A stretch of 64,000 bases of DNA from an uncultured bacterium (GTDB lineage: Bacteria; Verrucomicrobiota; Verrucomicrobiia; Verrucomicrobiales; DEV007). Shown here in pieces: positions 39,531-49,967 of this stretch. The stretch's first letter is position 1. Every line of letters starts with the position of its first letter. Both the position numbers and the translations under genes were made by a program. The notes beneath the pieces were generated by a model that was not told the origin of the DNA, ran no database searches, and saw only the letters and a program-made list of their open reading frames with translations. The stretch lies in assembly GCA_963977015.1 (NCBI GenBank), contig CAXBMO010000003.1:96001-160000 (forward strand). The letters run 5' to 3'.

Positions 39531-42376
39531 GCGATAAAAAGGCTCTGCAAACGGTCGATGCCTCCCAGTTTAGCTGGGCTTGTCGACTCAACGATGTTTG
39601 GTCCGATGTCTTGCACGATGTGGCAGGTCTTCACCCCAATTTGCGGGCGGAGTTTGAGCGGAAAATTGAAGGCCTTCTCGCCCAGCGTGACATCCAGTCC
39701 CCGCTTGGATGGGTGTTGTTGGGTGAAGGTGGTTCGGGAAAAACCCACCTCCTGAATGCTTTCCGTAGAATGGCGGTCGAGCGTGGCGCCTACTTTGTTC
39801 TGCTTGATCTAACCGATGTCAGAACGTTTTGGGAATCCGCCCTGCAAGGCTACATTGACTCGCTGCAAGAGGAGTGTGTTGCGGGGATTCCGCAGTGCCA
39901 ACTCGTATTGCAACGCCTCGTAACCGAGAAATTGGGGATCAAAAGCTGGGAGAAGCTGCAGGGCCGGCTTCGGGTTGATGAGGAAGTCGATGAGGCCACC
40001 AACGAATTGATTCAAGAGCTTTGGAAGAAGGATCGAAAAATCCAACCCTGTCAGCAGGATGTGATTCGCTGCCTTGCCTACCTGAATTCCGGCTCGTTTC
40101 AATTTTACAATCTCGGTGTCACCTGGCTCCAGGGTCAGGAGCTTGATGTCGACTCCCGCCAACGGCACGGATTTCAGCGGCCGGTCGAAGATCCGATCGT
40201 GATTGCAAGCGCGTTGTCCTGGGTCATGTCTCAAACGGCGCCCACCGTTCTCGCCCTTGATCAACTGGACGCGACGGTCATGCAGTTGGTCGCGAACTCG
40301 GCGGGCGAACCGGCGACTGACGAAGCCATGGCAGAAACGCTTCTCCTGGAAATTGGACGGGGCTTGTTGAGCCTGCGGGACAAATTGGGTCGAACCTGGA
40401 CGATTCTCTCCTGCCTGGAGCAAACTTGGGAGCAATTGCGTGATTCCCAATTGAAAACAGCGGTCGATCGATACGAAGAACCGCCCCGAGTTCTGAGTCG
40501 GATGAGCGATGAGGAAGTGATCTCCTCGCTGATTGCGCAGAGGATTGGCGCCGCCGCGAAGAAGGTTGGGTTTCAGCCCTCCTACCCGACGTGGCCGATT
40601 CATCCTGAGGCGATTGCAAAGATGGTCGGCGAGACGCCGCGGGATGTTCTGAAAATTTGCGAACGGCATCGGCGGGATTGTCTGGAGCGTTGTCGAGTGG
40701 ATGAACTCAAGCACTTTGAAAAACCCAGCACGATTCCCTCATCCGTGGAGGAAGCGGAATTGCAGCGACTGGATGAGCTGTATAAGAAGCGGCAGAGTGA
40801 GGTTGATCTCACTGAGATTTTTGCCGAAGAGGCTGAGGATAAGTTCTTTGCCCCTCTTCTCGATATGGCGGCGAGGCTTGCCATCGAAGAGAATTTTTCG
40901 TCGCTTCCGGCTGGCATAGACACTCAATTGGATGCTTCACTGCCATCGGGGCGCATCCGGCCCCTCCATGTTCGACTCCGGGTTATTTTCGAAAACGAAG
41001 GTGAGCGAGAGCAGCACTACTCCGTGCGCGTCCTCCAGAAAACCAATCACCGAGCCTATCTGGCCCGCTTGAATGCCGCGATCGTGGCTTCCGGGATCGA
41101 CGCCAGATTACCCTTTCGCCAACTTCGAATTATCCGGACCACCCCGATTCCGACCGGTTTTTTCACGGATCGTCTGAATCGTAAATTCAAGAAATTGGGA
41201 GGGTGCTTTATCTGCCCCGATGAGGACGAAGTCAAAAAGCTGGTCGCTCTTCGAGTGCTGCAGGGCGGAGGCTACGAAATGTTTAACGAATGGATTCACG
41301 ATCGTCGGCCCATATCGGAAATCGGTTTTGTTCGGGCAGCCATGCCTTGCCTCCAGATTTGGGGCGAAAAGAGATTCAACGAACTTCAGATTGGGGACTA
41401 CTCGCCCGAGTTGCCGAGTCAAATTGATCAGGATGAGTCCGAGGTTGAGGGCCAGGTGTCTCTTGGGCGGGCTGTGTTGGGCAAAGAGCTTCAACATTCG
41501 ATCTCGATTCCTGCCGAGGCTCTCAACGAGCATGGTGTCATTCTGGCGGGGGTTAAGACTGGGAGATCCGCGCTTCTGAAGCGAATTACCGAGGAATGCG
41601 CCCTCCTTGGTGTCCCTTCGCTCTTTATTGACCTTCGGGGGCGTGCTGATCTCGGTGAGCCTTGGCCGGCGCCTCCTGAGAGTTGGGAGATTGAAGATAT
41701 CCGGAAGGCGGCCCAGTACCATCAGATGGTATCCGTCAAAACTTGGGCTCCGTTTCTCGAAGGGGCACCCGATCTTCCCCGTGAAGTCAACGGCACAAAA
41801 ATCCTCGTTTCAGAACTGCTGCAAAAGCCGAAATCCGATCAGATTCCGATTTCGGTCGTGAATGCCATAGGGCTCGAGGCAGATGCCGATCGTCAAAAGT
41901 TCCTCATTGAGCTGTTCGAATCCGCGATTTCTTGGCTCAAGAGCGGCGGGGGGCGGAGTAGGGGGGCTCTGCAGGGGTTTATCGTGATCGATGAACTGGA
42001 CAGCTGCCTGGCAACCGCGAATTGCTCCAAGGTATTTCGTGAGCTGCTGAAGGTCGCGAGAGAAGCCGGTGTTGGAATTTTGTGTTCGTTTGAAGATGCC
42101 GCACAGATTGGCGGTGATGTCCTGGAGCTCTTTCAGACGCAATTCTTTGGTCGTGCCCATGCGCCGGGAACCATCTCCGCGATTCAGCGCGTTCTTCAGC
42201 AATGCGGCGGAGAGTCGAGCGAAATTGCACGCCTCTCACGCGGCGAGTTTTTTGTGCATCACCCGGAGATCAGCAAAGGAATCCCAAGCAAAGTTTATAG
42301 CCCGATCTGCCTTTCGCGGCATCCTCAGGAGGCGCTGGCTGCCAATGAGGTTCGAAAGCGAATCCAACGAGATTAA
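39527..42376 (+). CDS. Large P-loop ATPase with degenerate C-terminal HerA/FtsK (DUF87-like) domain
   Basis: N-term Walker A LLGEGGSGKTHLL and Walker B LALDQLD. C-term HGVILAGVKTGRSALLKRITEE, FIVIDE, KVAREAGVGI, TQFFGR, LSRGEF. Confidence 0.75.
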   Translation: MSDKKALQTVDASQFSWACRLNDVWSDVLHDVAGLHPNLRAEFERKIEGLLAQRDIQSPLGWVLLGEGGSGKTHLLNAFRRMAVERGAYFVLLDLTDVRTFWESALQGYIDSLQEECVAGIPQCQLVLQRLVTEKLGIKSWEKLQGRLRVDEEVDEATNELIQELWKKDRKIQPCQQDVIRCLAYLNSGSFQFYNLGVTWLQGQELDVDSRQRHGFQRPVEDPIVIASALSWVMSQTAPTVLALDQLDATVMQLVANSAGEPATDEAMAETLLLEIGRGLLSLRDKLGRTWTILSCLEQTWEQLRDSQLKTAVDRYEEPPRVLSRMSDEEVISSLIAQRIGAAAKKVGFQPSYPTWPIHPEAIAKMVGETPRDVLKICERHRRDCLERCRVDELKHFEKPSTIPSSVEEAELQRLDELYKKRQSEVDLTEIFAEEAEDKFFAPLLDMAARLAIEENFSSLPAGIDTQLDASLPSGRIRPLHVRLRVIFENEGEREQHYSVRVLQKTNHRAYLARLNAAIVASGIDARLPFRQLRIIRTTPIPTGFFTDRLNRKFKKLGGCFICPDEDEVKKLVALRVLQGGGYEMFNEWIHDRRPISEIGFVRAAMPCLQIWGEKRFNELQIGDYSPELPSQIDQDESEVEGQVSLGRAVLGKELQHSISIPAEALNEHGVILAGVKTGRSALLKRITEECALLGVPSLFIDLRGRADLGEPWPAPPESWEIEDIRKAAQYHQMVSVKTWAPFLEGAPDLPREVNGTKILVSELLQKPKSDQIPISVVNAIGLEADADRQKFLIELFESAISWLKSGGGRSRGALQGFIVIDELDSCLATANCSKVFRELLKVAREAGVGILCSFEDAAQIGGDVLELFQTQFFGRAHAPGTISAIQRVLQQCGGESSEIARLSRGEFFVHHPEISKGIPSKVYSPICLSRHPQEALAANEVRKRIQRD

Positions 42377-42382
42377 GAACGG

Positions 42383-44194
42383 TTACGATAGCTGCAACTG
42401 CGACAGCATTCGATAAAGGCCGTCGTGATCTTCAACCAACTGGTCATGAGACCCTTGCTGAATGATTTGCCCGTCACTGAGGACGAGAATCTGATCAGCG
42501 TTTCGCACTGTGGATAGCCGGTGAGCCACAATCAATGAAGTCCGATCGCGCATCAGATCGTCGAGCGCTTCCTGGACCAATCGCTCGCTTTCGGCATCCA
42601 ACGCATTGGTGGCCTCATCGAGGATGAGGACGGAAGGGTTGGCGAGAATCGCCCGCGCAATCGCGATTCGCTGCTTCTGGCCTCCGGACAGGCGAACGCC
42701 GCGCTCTCCGACCAAGGACTCGAATCCCTCGGGAAAGTTGTCGATAAACTCCAAGGCGTTGGCCCGCTTGGCAGCTTCCTTGATGTCTTCCTCGCTCGCC
42801 CCTGGCCGTCCATAGGCGATGTTCTCGTAAATTGATCCGCCAAAGAGCAGTACCTCCTGCGGGACAATCGCCGTTTGCCGGCGCAACCAGTCCAGAGGCA
42901 ACTCTCGCAAATCTTTGCCGTCGAGGGAGATGGAACCCTCTGTTGGATCAAAAAATCGCAACAAAAGCGAAATGATCGTCGATTTTCCGGCACCGCTTGG
43001 GCCAACAATGGCAATTCGTTGGCCGCTTTCGGCGACGAAGTTCACCTTTTTCAAGACCTCGACGTCTGGTCGACTCGGATAGGAAAATCTGACGTTCTGA
43101 AACTCAACACGACCGCTTGCGCGGCTGTCCGGCCGCTTTCCAGCGTCAGACCGGTCGGTTTCCGGTTCTTCCTCAAACAACTCTCTCAATCGATCGGTGG
43201 CCCCGACCGCTTTCTGGATGTTGCTCACGATTTCCGGCAATGCTGCAAATGCACCTCCCACAAAGGCTGTGACGAAACAAAATTTGGTGAACGCATCGCG
43301 AGCGATCTCTCCATCAACGAGAAGATGGGCCCCGGACCATACGACGAAGGTAATCGCTCCAAACAGGGCAAAAATGACCATGGCAACCATGATCGCCCTT
43401 CCTCCGATGAGCTCGAATGCCACCTTGAGGTACTTTTTCATCCCGGATTCGTAACGACGGGTCTCGTAGTCTTCGTTGGCAAAAGCTTTGACGTCGGCGA
43501 TGCCGTGGAGGGTCTCGTCAACAATCACGTTGGTTTCGGCAAGGAGATCCTGAGCTTCACGGGAACGTCCGCGAATCCGAAACCCGAACAATGAGATGGC
43601 GATCAAAACGACCGGCAGACTCAGCAACATGGTAAAGGTGAGTCGCGGGGAAAGGATGAAGAGAAAGGTTAATCCACCAAGAAGCATCACACATTGGCGT
43701 AGAAATTGGGGCGTGGTTGAGCAGAGGGTATCGCGAATCAAGCTCAAATCGGCAGCCAGGTGTCCGGAGATTTCCCCGACTCGACGCTCGTTGTAAAAAG
43801 CCATCGGGAGACGAACGAGCTTCTCATAGGTGTCCCGTCGTATATCAGCGACCGCCAAATCGCCAGCTCGCCCCAAAAGATGCATTCGAAAAAAGGTGAT
43901 GCAGGCCTGAATCGAAAGAATGATAAGAAGAGTGATGGCCACGCGGTTGACGGTGCCAAGGAGCGCTTCCCGACCTTCTGGGTGATCGCTGTTCATCGCT
44001 TCGCCAATCAATTCGCCCATCAGAATTGGAAACGCCATCGACATTCCGGCAGTGATCAACACGGCGATGATGCCGGGAACAAACATCATTTTGTAGCGGC
44101 CCAAGTAGGAAAACAGCCAAAGTGTTTTCTGCAGATTCTCGCGAGTGAGTTTGGCTTTTGGGACATCGTAGTCCTGTTGGTTGGGGCGCGCCAT
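42383..44194 (-). CDS. ABC transporter fused permease/ATP-binding protein (MsbA-like)
   Basis: TM domain plus GPSGAGKST, LSGGQKQRIAIARA, LILDEAT, VAHRLST. Confidence 0.95.
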   Translation of the reverse strand: MARPNQQDYDVPKAKLTRENLQKTLWLFSYLGRYKMMFVPGIIAVLITAGMSMAFPILMGELIGEAMNSDHPEGREALLGTVNRVAITLLIILSIQACITFFRMHLLGRAGDLAVADIRRDTYEKLVRLPMAFYNERRVGEISGHLAADLSLIRDTLCSTTPQFLRQCVMLLGGLTFLFILSPRLTFTMLLSLPVVLIAISLFGFRIRGRSREAQDLLAETNVIVDETLHGIADVKAFANEDYETRRYESGMKKYLKVAFELIGGRAIMVAMVIFALFGAITFVVWSGAHLLVDGEIARDAFTKFCFVTAFVGGAFAALPEIVSNIQKAVGATDRLRELFEEEPETDRSDAGKRPDSRASGRVEFQNVRFSYPSRPDVEVLKKVNFVAESGQRIAIVGPSGAGKSTIISLLLRFFDPTEGSISLDGKDLRELPLDWLRRQTAIVPQEVLLFGGSIYENIAYGRPGASEEDIKEAAKRANALEFIDNFPEGFESLVGERGVRLSGGQKQRIAIARAILANPSVLILDEATNALDAESERLVQEALDDLMRDRTSLIVAHRLSTVRNADQILVLSDGQIIQQGSHDQLVEDHDGLYRMLSQLQLS

Positions 44195-44356
44195 GGATCT
44201 GAATTTGCGGACCTTTAGCCGCTTGAGATCAAATTGTCTAGCGCCACTAAAGAGGATGAAAAGGAGTGAACGATGAAAATCCGAATCAAACGACGTTTAC
44301 AAGCAACTCAGCTATAGTAAATTCCGGCAGATCTGAACATTATAGAACTTGAAGCT

Positions 44357-44758
44357 ATGAATGCTGCGAAAGAGAAATCAACATTCCCAGCCTCCTTTGA
44401 TCCGGTCGTTGCTTTGCAGCGGGTTGGAGGAGATCAAGAGTTGCTCGCCATGGCGATTGATCTTGGAATTGGTAGTTTGCCGAGACTGATCAACGCAGTG
44501 CAGGATGCCCGTTCGGCGGGGGACGTCCAGGCGTTGGGAGATGCTGCCCATACCCTCAAGGGGATGGCTGCGACGTTTGAGGCTCGTCAGGTTGGGCCGT
44601 TGGCTGCTAAAATTGAGGAAATTGCGGGTGCTGGAGATTTTGAGAACGCCATGAAACTCATTCCGCAGTTGGAGGAAAAGACGAAGACCTTGGGCGAAGA
44701 TCTCGCTGAATTTGCTGATCGTTGCGAAACCGGCGATCTGCTTTCTCTGTCCTGCTAG
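44357..44758 (+). CDS. Stand-alone Hpt (histidine phosphotransfer) protein
   Basis: ALQRVGGDQELL...AAHTLKG motif. Confidence 0.85.
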   Translation: MNAAKEKSTFPASFDPVVALQRVGGDQELLAMAIDLGIGSLPRLINAVQDARSAGDVQALGDAAHTLKGMAATFEARQVGPLAAKIEEIAGAGDFENAMKLIPQLEEKTKTLGEDLAEFADRCETGDLLSLSC

Positions 44759-44877
44759 AGGCGAGACGTTTGCTTTTGACTTCCCAGGAAGGGGCAACCA
44801 ACCGCCATCCATTGGATTGAGTTGATGCTGCGTTACTTATCGGTTGCATTTCCTCACGGACCAACCAATGGATACCG

Positions 44878-46338
44878 ATGGGTGATATCAATCTCGGATT
44901 TAGTTTTGATGACGTCCTCCTTGTTCCGCAACGCAGCGGAATCCTTCCGTCGGAGGCCGATCTAACCACGTGTCTTACAAGCGACATTGGCTTGAACATT
45001 CCTATCGTGTCCTCAGCGATGGATACGGTTACAGAGGACGCTCTGGCCATTGCCCTGGCTCGAGAGGGTGGAATTGGCGTCATTCACCGCAATAACACGC
45101 CCGGTGAACAAGCGGACATGATCGCGAAGGTCAAGAGATCGGAAAACATGGTGATTTCCGATCCGTTCACTGTGACGCGAGAAATGAGCCTTCGTGATCT
45201 GGAGCGGGTGATGGAGCAAAAGGGGGTTTCGGGTTTCCCGGTGGTCGACGGGGAAGGGAAATTGCAGGGAATGGTGACGACTCGGGATATCTGGCAGATC
45301 GAGCATCCCGATAAGACGATCGTTGGAGAAGTGATGACGCCGCGGGAGCGCCTCATTGTCGGGAGTGCGAAAACGACTCAGGAGGAAGCCAAAAAGATGC
45401 TTTATCAGAACCGCATCGAGAAGCTTCCGCTGGTGGACGAGGACGAAAAGTTGGCAGGCCTGATTACCAGTCAGGATATTGAAAAGCGCCAGCAATACAC
45501 AGACGCCTCCAAGGATGGTCAAGGCCGTCTCAGAGTGGGGGGAGCTGTGGGCGTGGGCGGAGATGCGATTGAACGTGCTGCCGCGTTGGTGAGTGCCGGA
45601 GTCGACGCGCTTTTTATCGATGCCGCTACGGGACACACAAGCCGCGTTATGAATCAGATTACCCGGTTGCGCGAAAATTCAGATGTCCCGGTGGTTGCTG
45701 GTAACGTTGTCACCAAGGAGGGGGCTCGCGATTTGATTGATGCTGGTGCTGCGGCGATCAAAGTGGGCGTGGGGCCTGGATCGATTTGCACGACCCGCGT
45801 GATCGCGGGTGTCGGAGTTCCTCAATTTTCGGCAATTCTTGAAGTCGCCTCGGAAACCCGCGAGCGAGGGATCCCGTTGATTGCCGATGGTGGTGTGCGC
45901 TACTCCGGAGATATTGTGAAGGCGCTGGCCGCTGGAGCAGATGTTGTCATGTTGGGGTCGTTGCTTGCCGGGACCCGCGAAAGTCCGGGCGCGATGGTCC
46001 AGCACCAGGGACGAATGTTTAAGGAATATCGCGGAATGGGTTCGCTCAAGGCCATGCGCAAGGGATCGAGTGATCGGTATGGTCAGAATGCATCCGGGAA
46101 ACTCGTGGCCGAGGGCGTGGAAGGCCGGGTCGCTTATCGGGGGAGGCTGGAAGATGTTGTCTTTCAGCTTTTGGGTGGTCTGCGCTCCGGCATGGGCTAT
46201 GTAGGGGCTTCGAATCTCAAAGAATTGCGCACTGACCCTCGATTTGTTCGAATCACAACCGGTGGCCTCCGCGAAAGTCATCCGCATGACATCACGATAA
46301 CGGAAGAACCTGTAAATTACCAAAGCAGCAGTTCCTAA
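44878..46338 (+). CDS. guaB: IMP dehydrogenase
   Basis: [20 protein letters not shown] pair, [25 protein letters not shown]. Confidence 0.98.
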   Translation: MGDINLGFSFDDVLLVPQRSGILPSEADLTTCLTSDIGLNIPIVSSAMDTVTEDALAIALAREGGIGVIHRNNTPGEQADMIAKVKRSENMVISDPFTVTREMSLRDLERVMEQKGVSGFPVVDGEGKLQGMVTTRDIWQIEHPDKTIVGEVMTPRERLIVGSAKTTQEEAKKMLYQNRIEKLPLVDEDEKLAGLITSQDIEKRQQYTDASKDGQGRLRVGGAVGVGGDAIERAAALVSAGVDALFIDAATGHTSRVMNQITRLRENSDVPVVAGNVVTKEGARDLIDAGAAAIKVGVGPGSICTTRVIAGVGVPQFSAILEVASETRERGIPLIADGGVRYSGDIVKALAAGADVVMLGSLLAGTRESPGAMVQHQGRMFKEYRGMGSLKAMRKGSSDRYGQNASGKLVAEGVEGRVAYRGRLEDVVFQLLGGLRSGMGYVGASNLKELRTDPRFVRITTGGLRESHPHDITITEEPVNYQSSSS

Positions 46339-46382
46339 CCACGGTTCAATCAACCCGTTCTTAAACCAAAGTAAGCTTTTCA

Positions 46383-47894
46383 ATGTTGGATAATGCAATC
46401 GCCGTAATTGACTTCGGCTCCCAGTACACTCAGTTGATCGTCCGCCGGATCCGCGAACTCGGCTATTTCTCGCGCCTCTATCAACCCGAACAACTTCGGG
46501 AAACGGGGCGTCCCGCTGCGGTTATCCTGTCTGGTGGCCCGCGAAGCACGACGGAGGAGAACGCGCCGGATATCGACTTTGAATACCTCAAGGGGATGAA
46601 TGTGCCCGTTCTCGGAATCTGCTACGGGATGCAGCTTCTGAATCTCAAGTGGGGTGGTGCCATTTCTCCGCATACCACTCGTGAGTATGGTCCAGCAAAT
46701 CTCCGGGTTTTGAACGCGGAAGGGTTGTTGGCCGGAATCGGCGAGTCCCAAATTTGGATGAGCCACAGTGATACCTGCAAAATGCCAGAAGGGGCGACGG
46801 TTCTGGCGACCAATCAGGAAGGAACGCCAGTGGCATTAAAATGGGCGGAAGATTGGATGGGAATTCAATTTCATCCCGAAGTGACGCACACTCACGAGGG
46901 GGCGGAAATTCTTCGAAACTTCCTGGAGTTGGCGGAAAACCCGCCCCGGTTTGAGATGGAATCCTTCAAGGATCAACTGGTGGCTCAGGTGAAAGACGAG
47001 ATTGGCGATCACATGGTCGTTTGCGGAGTCTCGGGTGGGGTCGACTCATCGGTGTTGGCGGTTCTGCTTCACGAAGCGGGAGTCAATGTTCGCTACCTCT
47101 TTGTTGATAACGGTCTTCTCCGTAAAAACGAGGTCGAGGAAGTGGAGGCCCAGTTCAAGGGGGTTGGTGTCGAGATTGAAACGATTGATGCGAGCGAGAG
47201 ATTTCTCAGCGCGCTGGAGGGGGTTGAGGACCCGGAGCGGAAGCGGGAGATTATTGGGAACCTCTTTATTGATGTGTTCTTCGGGGCAGCAGGCCAAATC
47301 GATCGGCTTGCCCAAGGCACTTTATATCCGGACGTCATCGAAAGTGCTTCGAGTGGGTCGATTGCATCGAAGATCAAGACCCATCACAATCGCGTCGATC
47401 GCATCCTCGAGCTCAAGGCTCAAAACAAAGTCGTCGAGCCGCTTCATGAGCTCTTCAAAGATGAAGTTCGAGAGTTGGGCCGGAGTTTGGGGCTGAGCAG
47501 CGAAGTTGTCGGACGTCACCCGTTTCCGGGACCCGGTCTCGCGGTTCGTTGTCCTGGAGCGATCACGGCGCAAAGGCTTGAAGTCATTCGGGAAGCGGAT
47601 GCGATTTTCATTCAAATGCTGAAGAAGCACGGTCTCTATGACCAGGTTTGGCAAGCCTATGCGGCGGCTCTTCCCTGCAAAACCGTTGGCGTTAAAGGAG
47701 ATGAAAGGGCCTACGAGTGGCCCATCGTCCTGCGGGCGGTTTCGAGCATCGATGCCATGACGGCGGAATGGATCCGGTTTGAGCCCGATTTTCTTGCGGA
47801 GTTGTCGAACCGGATTCTCAACGAAGTACCCCATGTGAATCGGGTTCTCTACGACATTTCGACGAAGCCGCCTGCGAGTATTGAGTGGGAGTAA
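46383..47894 (+). CDS. guaA: GMP synthase (glutamine-hydrolysing)
   Basis: DFGSQY, GICYGMQ, QFHPEV, SGGVDS, QGTLYPDVIES, KTHHN, HPFPGPGL, KPPASIEWE. Confidence 0.98.
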   Translation: MLDNAIAVIDFGSQYTQLIVRRIRELGYFSRLYQPEQLRETGRPAAVILSGGPRSTTEENAPDIDFEYLKGMNVPVLGICYGMQLLNLKWGGAISPHTTREYGPANLRVLNAEGLLAGIGESQIWMSHSDTCKMPEGATVLATNQEGTPVALKWAEDWMGIQFHPEVTHTHEGAEILRNFLELAENPPRFEMESFKDQLVAQVKDEIGDHMVVCGVSGGVDSSVLAVLLHEAGVNVRYLFVDNGLLRKNEVEEVEAQFKGVGVEIETIDASERFLSALEGVEDPERKREIIGNLFIDVFFGAAGQIDRLAQGTLYPDVIESASSGSIASKIKTHHNRVDRILELKAQNKVVEPLHELFKDEVRELGRSLGLSSEVVGRHPFPGPGLAVRCPGAITAQRLEVIREADAIFIQMLKKHGLYDQVWQAYAAALPCKTVGVKGDERAYEWPIVLRAVSSIDAMTAEWIRFEPDFLAELSNRILNEVPHVNRVLYDISTKPPASIEWE

Positions 47895-47982
47895 TTCGGG
47901 CTTTTTCTCCCCGAAGTTAATTCGCAGTACTTAATTACTTGCAATCCCATCCTTTCTGACTCTGTTAGGATCAGGTCTGGCT

Positions 47983-49725
47983 ATGTTAAAGCGACTGATC
48001 CTCATCTTCTTTGTCTGTAATGTGCTGGGATTTGCTCTGTTGAGCCATCGTTGCTCAGGCGATGGCATTGAGGGGCGCTTGGAGGCAATCGTGAAGAAGG
48101 AAGTTGAGGCCGCGAGCGAATACCGCCGCGTTCGCTACGAGACCCGGGATCTGGATCTTGTCCTGACCGGCCACGTCCCCACGGGAGTCGCCCGACGCGA
48201 ACTTCTCGAGGGTATCAACAAGGAATTACCCTTTGGGAGGGTTCGCTCGTCGATCGAGATTGTGCCGCCGGTTCCTGCAAGTTTGAGGGCGACTCTTGGC
48301 GAAGGGATTATGCGGTTGGAAGGTAAACTTCCTTCCAAGTCCATGATTCAGAGTTTACAGGATCAGGGCCGCGAGATTGGCTTCAGCGTCCTTGGGCATG
48401 GATTGATTTCGGCGGAAAACGTTGTTGAACCGGCCTGGGCCAGCGGTGTTGGAACGTTTGTGGCGGAGTTTTTTGCCGACGCAGACGAAGGCTTTCTGGA
48501 GATCGACGACACCAAATGGCACGTCAGGCGCCAGGTCGATACCCCGGAGCAGGCTCAAGAAATCCGGGAAACGGTCCGTCTCGCCGTTCCTCAAAGTCTT
48601 GCGCTCATCGATGAAATTTCGATTCGACCGCCGGACCAACCCAGCCAATTGACGGTCGAGAGGGTAGGGGGAACGCTGGTCGTGTCAGGAAAGGTTCCCG
48701 GTGAGGCTCATCGCGCCTTTGTCGCGAAAGCGGTTTCTGAAACGCTTCAGGAAAATATCAGCAACGAAATATCCCTCGATCGCAAAACCAAACCGCCGAC
48801 TTGGATGACCGCCCTTCCGGGTATCTTGTCGGTACTCTTTGATCAGGGGAAGGATCAGAAGTTGGAGATCAGCGGAACCGAAATTCGACTTTCCGGTCAG
48901 TTGGCCACCAAGGAGGAAATAGAAGAACTCATGCTGGTTGCCGGTAGTGCGTTTGGTCCCGGATTTGTGGTAGAGAATGCCTTTGAGGCGGTTTCTGCGT
49001 TACGTCCTCCTCCGCCTCACTTGGAGTGCAAGGTCAAGTCTTCGAACGAGAGCATTACCCTGATGGGGATTGTGCCCGACGCGATTGCTCGGGATCTCAT
49101 CATCGGTGCGTTTCAGCGATCCTACCCAAAGGCTGGGATCGAAAGCTCCGGCCTCAAGACGGACTCCCGAGTGGAGGCTCCGATCTGGTTCGAGGGATTT
49201 CTTCAACTGGTGAGCACTTTTCCTGTCTTTTTTGAAATGCCGCCTTCTTTGTCCGTCGCTGAGAAGAAGATCGATATTTCAGGCAAAACCAATTCGCGAA
49301 TTTCCCATGCGGCTGTGGGAATGAAGCTGGATCGTCTTTTTGGGGATCGTTTTTCGGTGGAAAATCGCACCACGGAACCCAGCACAAAGGTTCCTGACCA
49401 TGACGACTGGCCGCGTCGCGCGATTTACTTTGAAATGGGCTCAAGCCGAGTATCGAGCACTCAAGCCGCCGGAATTGAGGAAGCCGGTCTGGATTTCCAA
49501 AAAGCTGGCGAATTCGCGGTGGTTCTGATTGAGGGGTTTGCCGACAAGTCGGGTTCTCGCGAAGTGAATCTGGCGGTGGGTAGCCGACGTGCTCACGCCG
49601 TGCGGGATTCGCTCATCGCCCAAGGCATCCCCTCTTCATCGATTCGGATGATGGGCGTAACCATTGCTGAATCCAGCAGTAACCCGGACCGCGACCGGCG
49701 GGTGGAATTCACCGTTGTTCCCTGA
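47983..49725 (+). CDS. Membrane-anchored multi-BON protein with C-terminal OmpA-like peptidoglycan-binding domain (ArfA-like)
   Basis: N-terminal TM; three similar blocks (LEGKLP/VSGKVP/LMGIVP ... P.W); IYFEMGS, IEGFAD, RRAHAVR, RRVEF. Confidence 0.8.
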   Translation: MLKRLILIFFVCNVLGFALLSHRCSGDGIEGRLEAIVKKEVEAASEYRRVRYETRDLDLVLTGHVPTGVARRELLEGINKELPFGRVRSSIEIVPPVPASLRATLGEGIMRLEGKLPSKSMIQSLQDQGREIGFSVLGHGLISAENVVEPAWASGVGTFVAEFFADADEGFLEIDDTKWHVRRQVDTPEQAQEIRETVRLAVPQSLALIDEISIRPPDQPSQLTVERVGGTLVVSGKVPGEAHRAFVAKAVSETLQENISNEISLDRKTKPPTWMTALPGILSVLFDQGKDQKLEISGTEIRLSGQLATKEEIEELMLVAGSAFGPGFVVENAFEAVSALRPPPPHLECKVKSSNESITLMGIVPDAIARDLIIGAFQRSYPKAGIESSGLKTDSRVEAPIWFEGFLQLVSTFPVFFEMPPSLSVAEKKIDISGKTNSRISHAAVGMKLDRLFGDRFSVENRTTEPSTKVPDHDDWPRRAIYFEMGSSRVSSTQAAGIEEAGLDFQKAGEFAVVLIEGFADKSGSREVNLAVGSRRAHAVRDSLIAQGIPSSSIRMMGVTIAESSSNPDRDRRVEFTVVP

Positions 49726-49733
49726 CTGATACG

Positions 49734-49967
49734 ATGACGGATTTCTTATTAGCCGACGGCATCTCATTTACCTATTTTTGGCCACAACAGCTTTTGGCTT
49801 GGTTCCTGTGGGGATTTCTTTTTGCTGGAATCGGAGCCTCCGTGGCTTGGCGCCGCTGGCACAAACTCAAAGCCAGCGCCGATGAGGTTGAGTCGGATTT
49901 GAAGCGACTGAGACTTGAACAGACGCGGCTCCGTGGCCTGCTGCGAGACCATCAAATCACCAAGTGA
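49734..49967 (+). CDS. Small single-TM protein with coiled coil
   Basis: Hydrophobic segment followed by a heptad-like tail; tightly packed between the OmpA gene and the next gene (GTGA overlap). Confidence 0.6.
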   Translation: MTDFLLADGISFTYFWPQQLLAWFLWGFLFAGIGASVAWRRWHKLKASADEVESDLKRLRLEQTRLRGLLRDHQITK

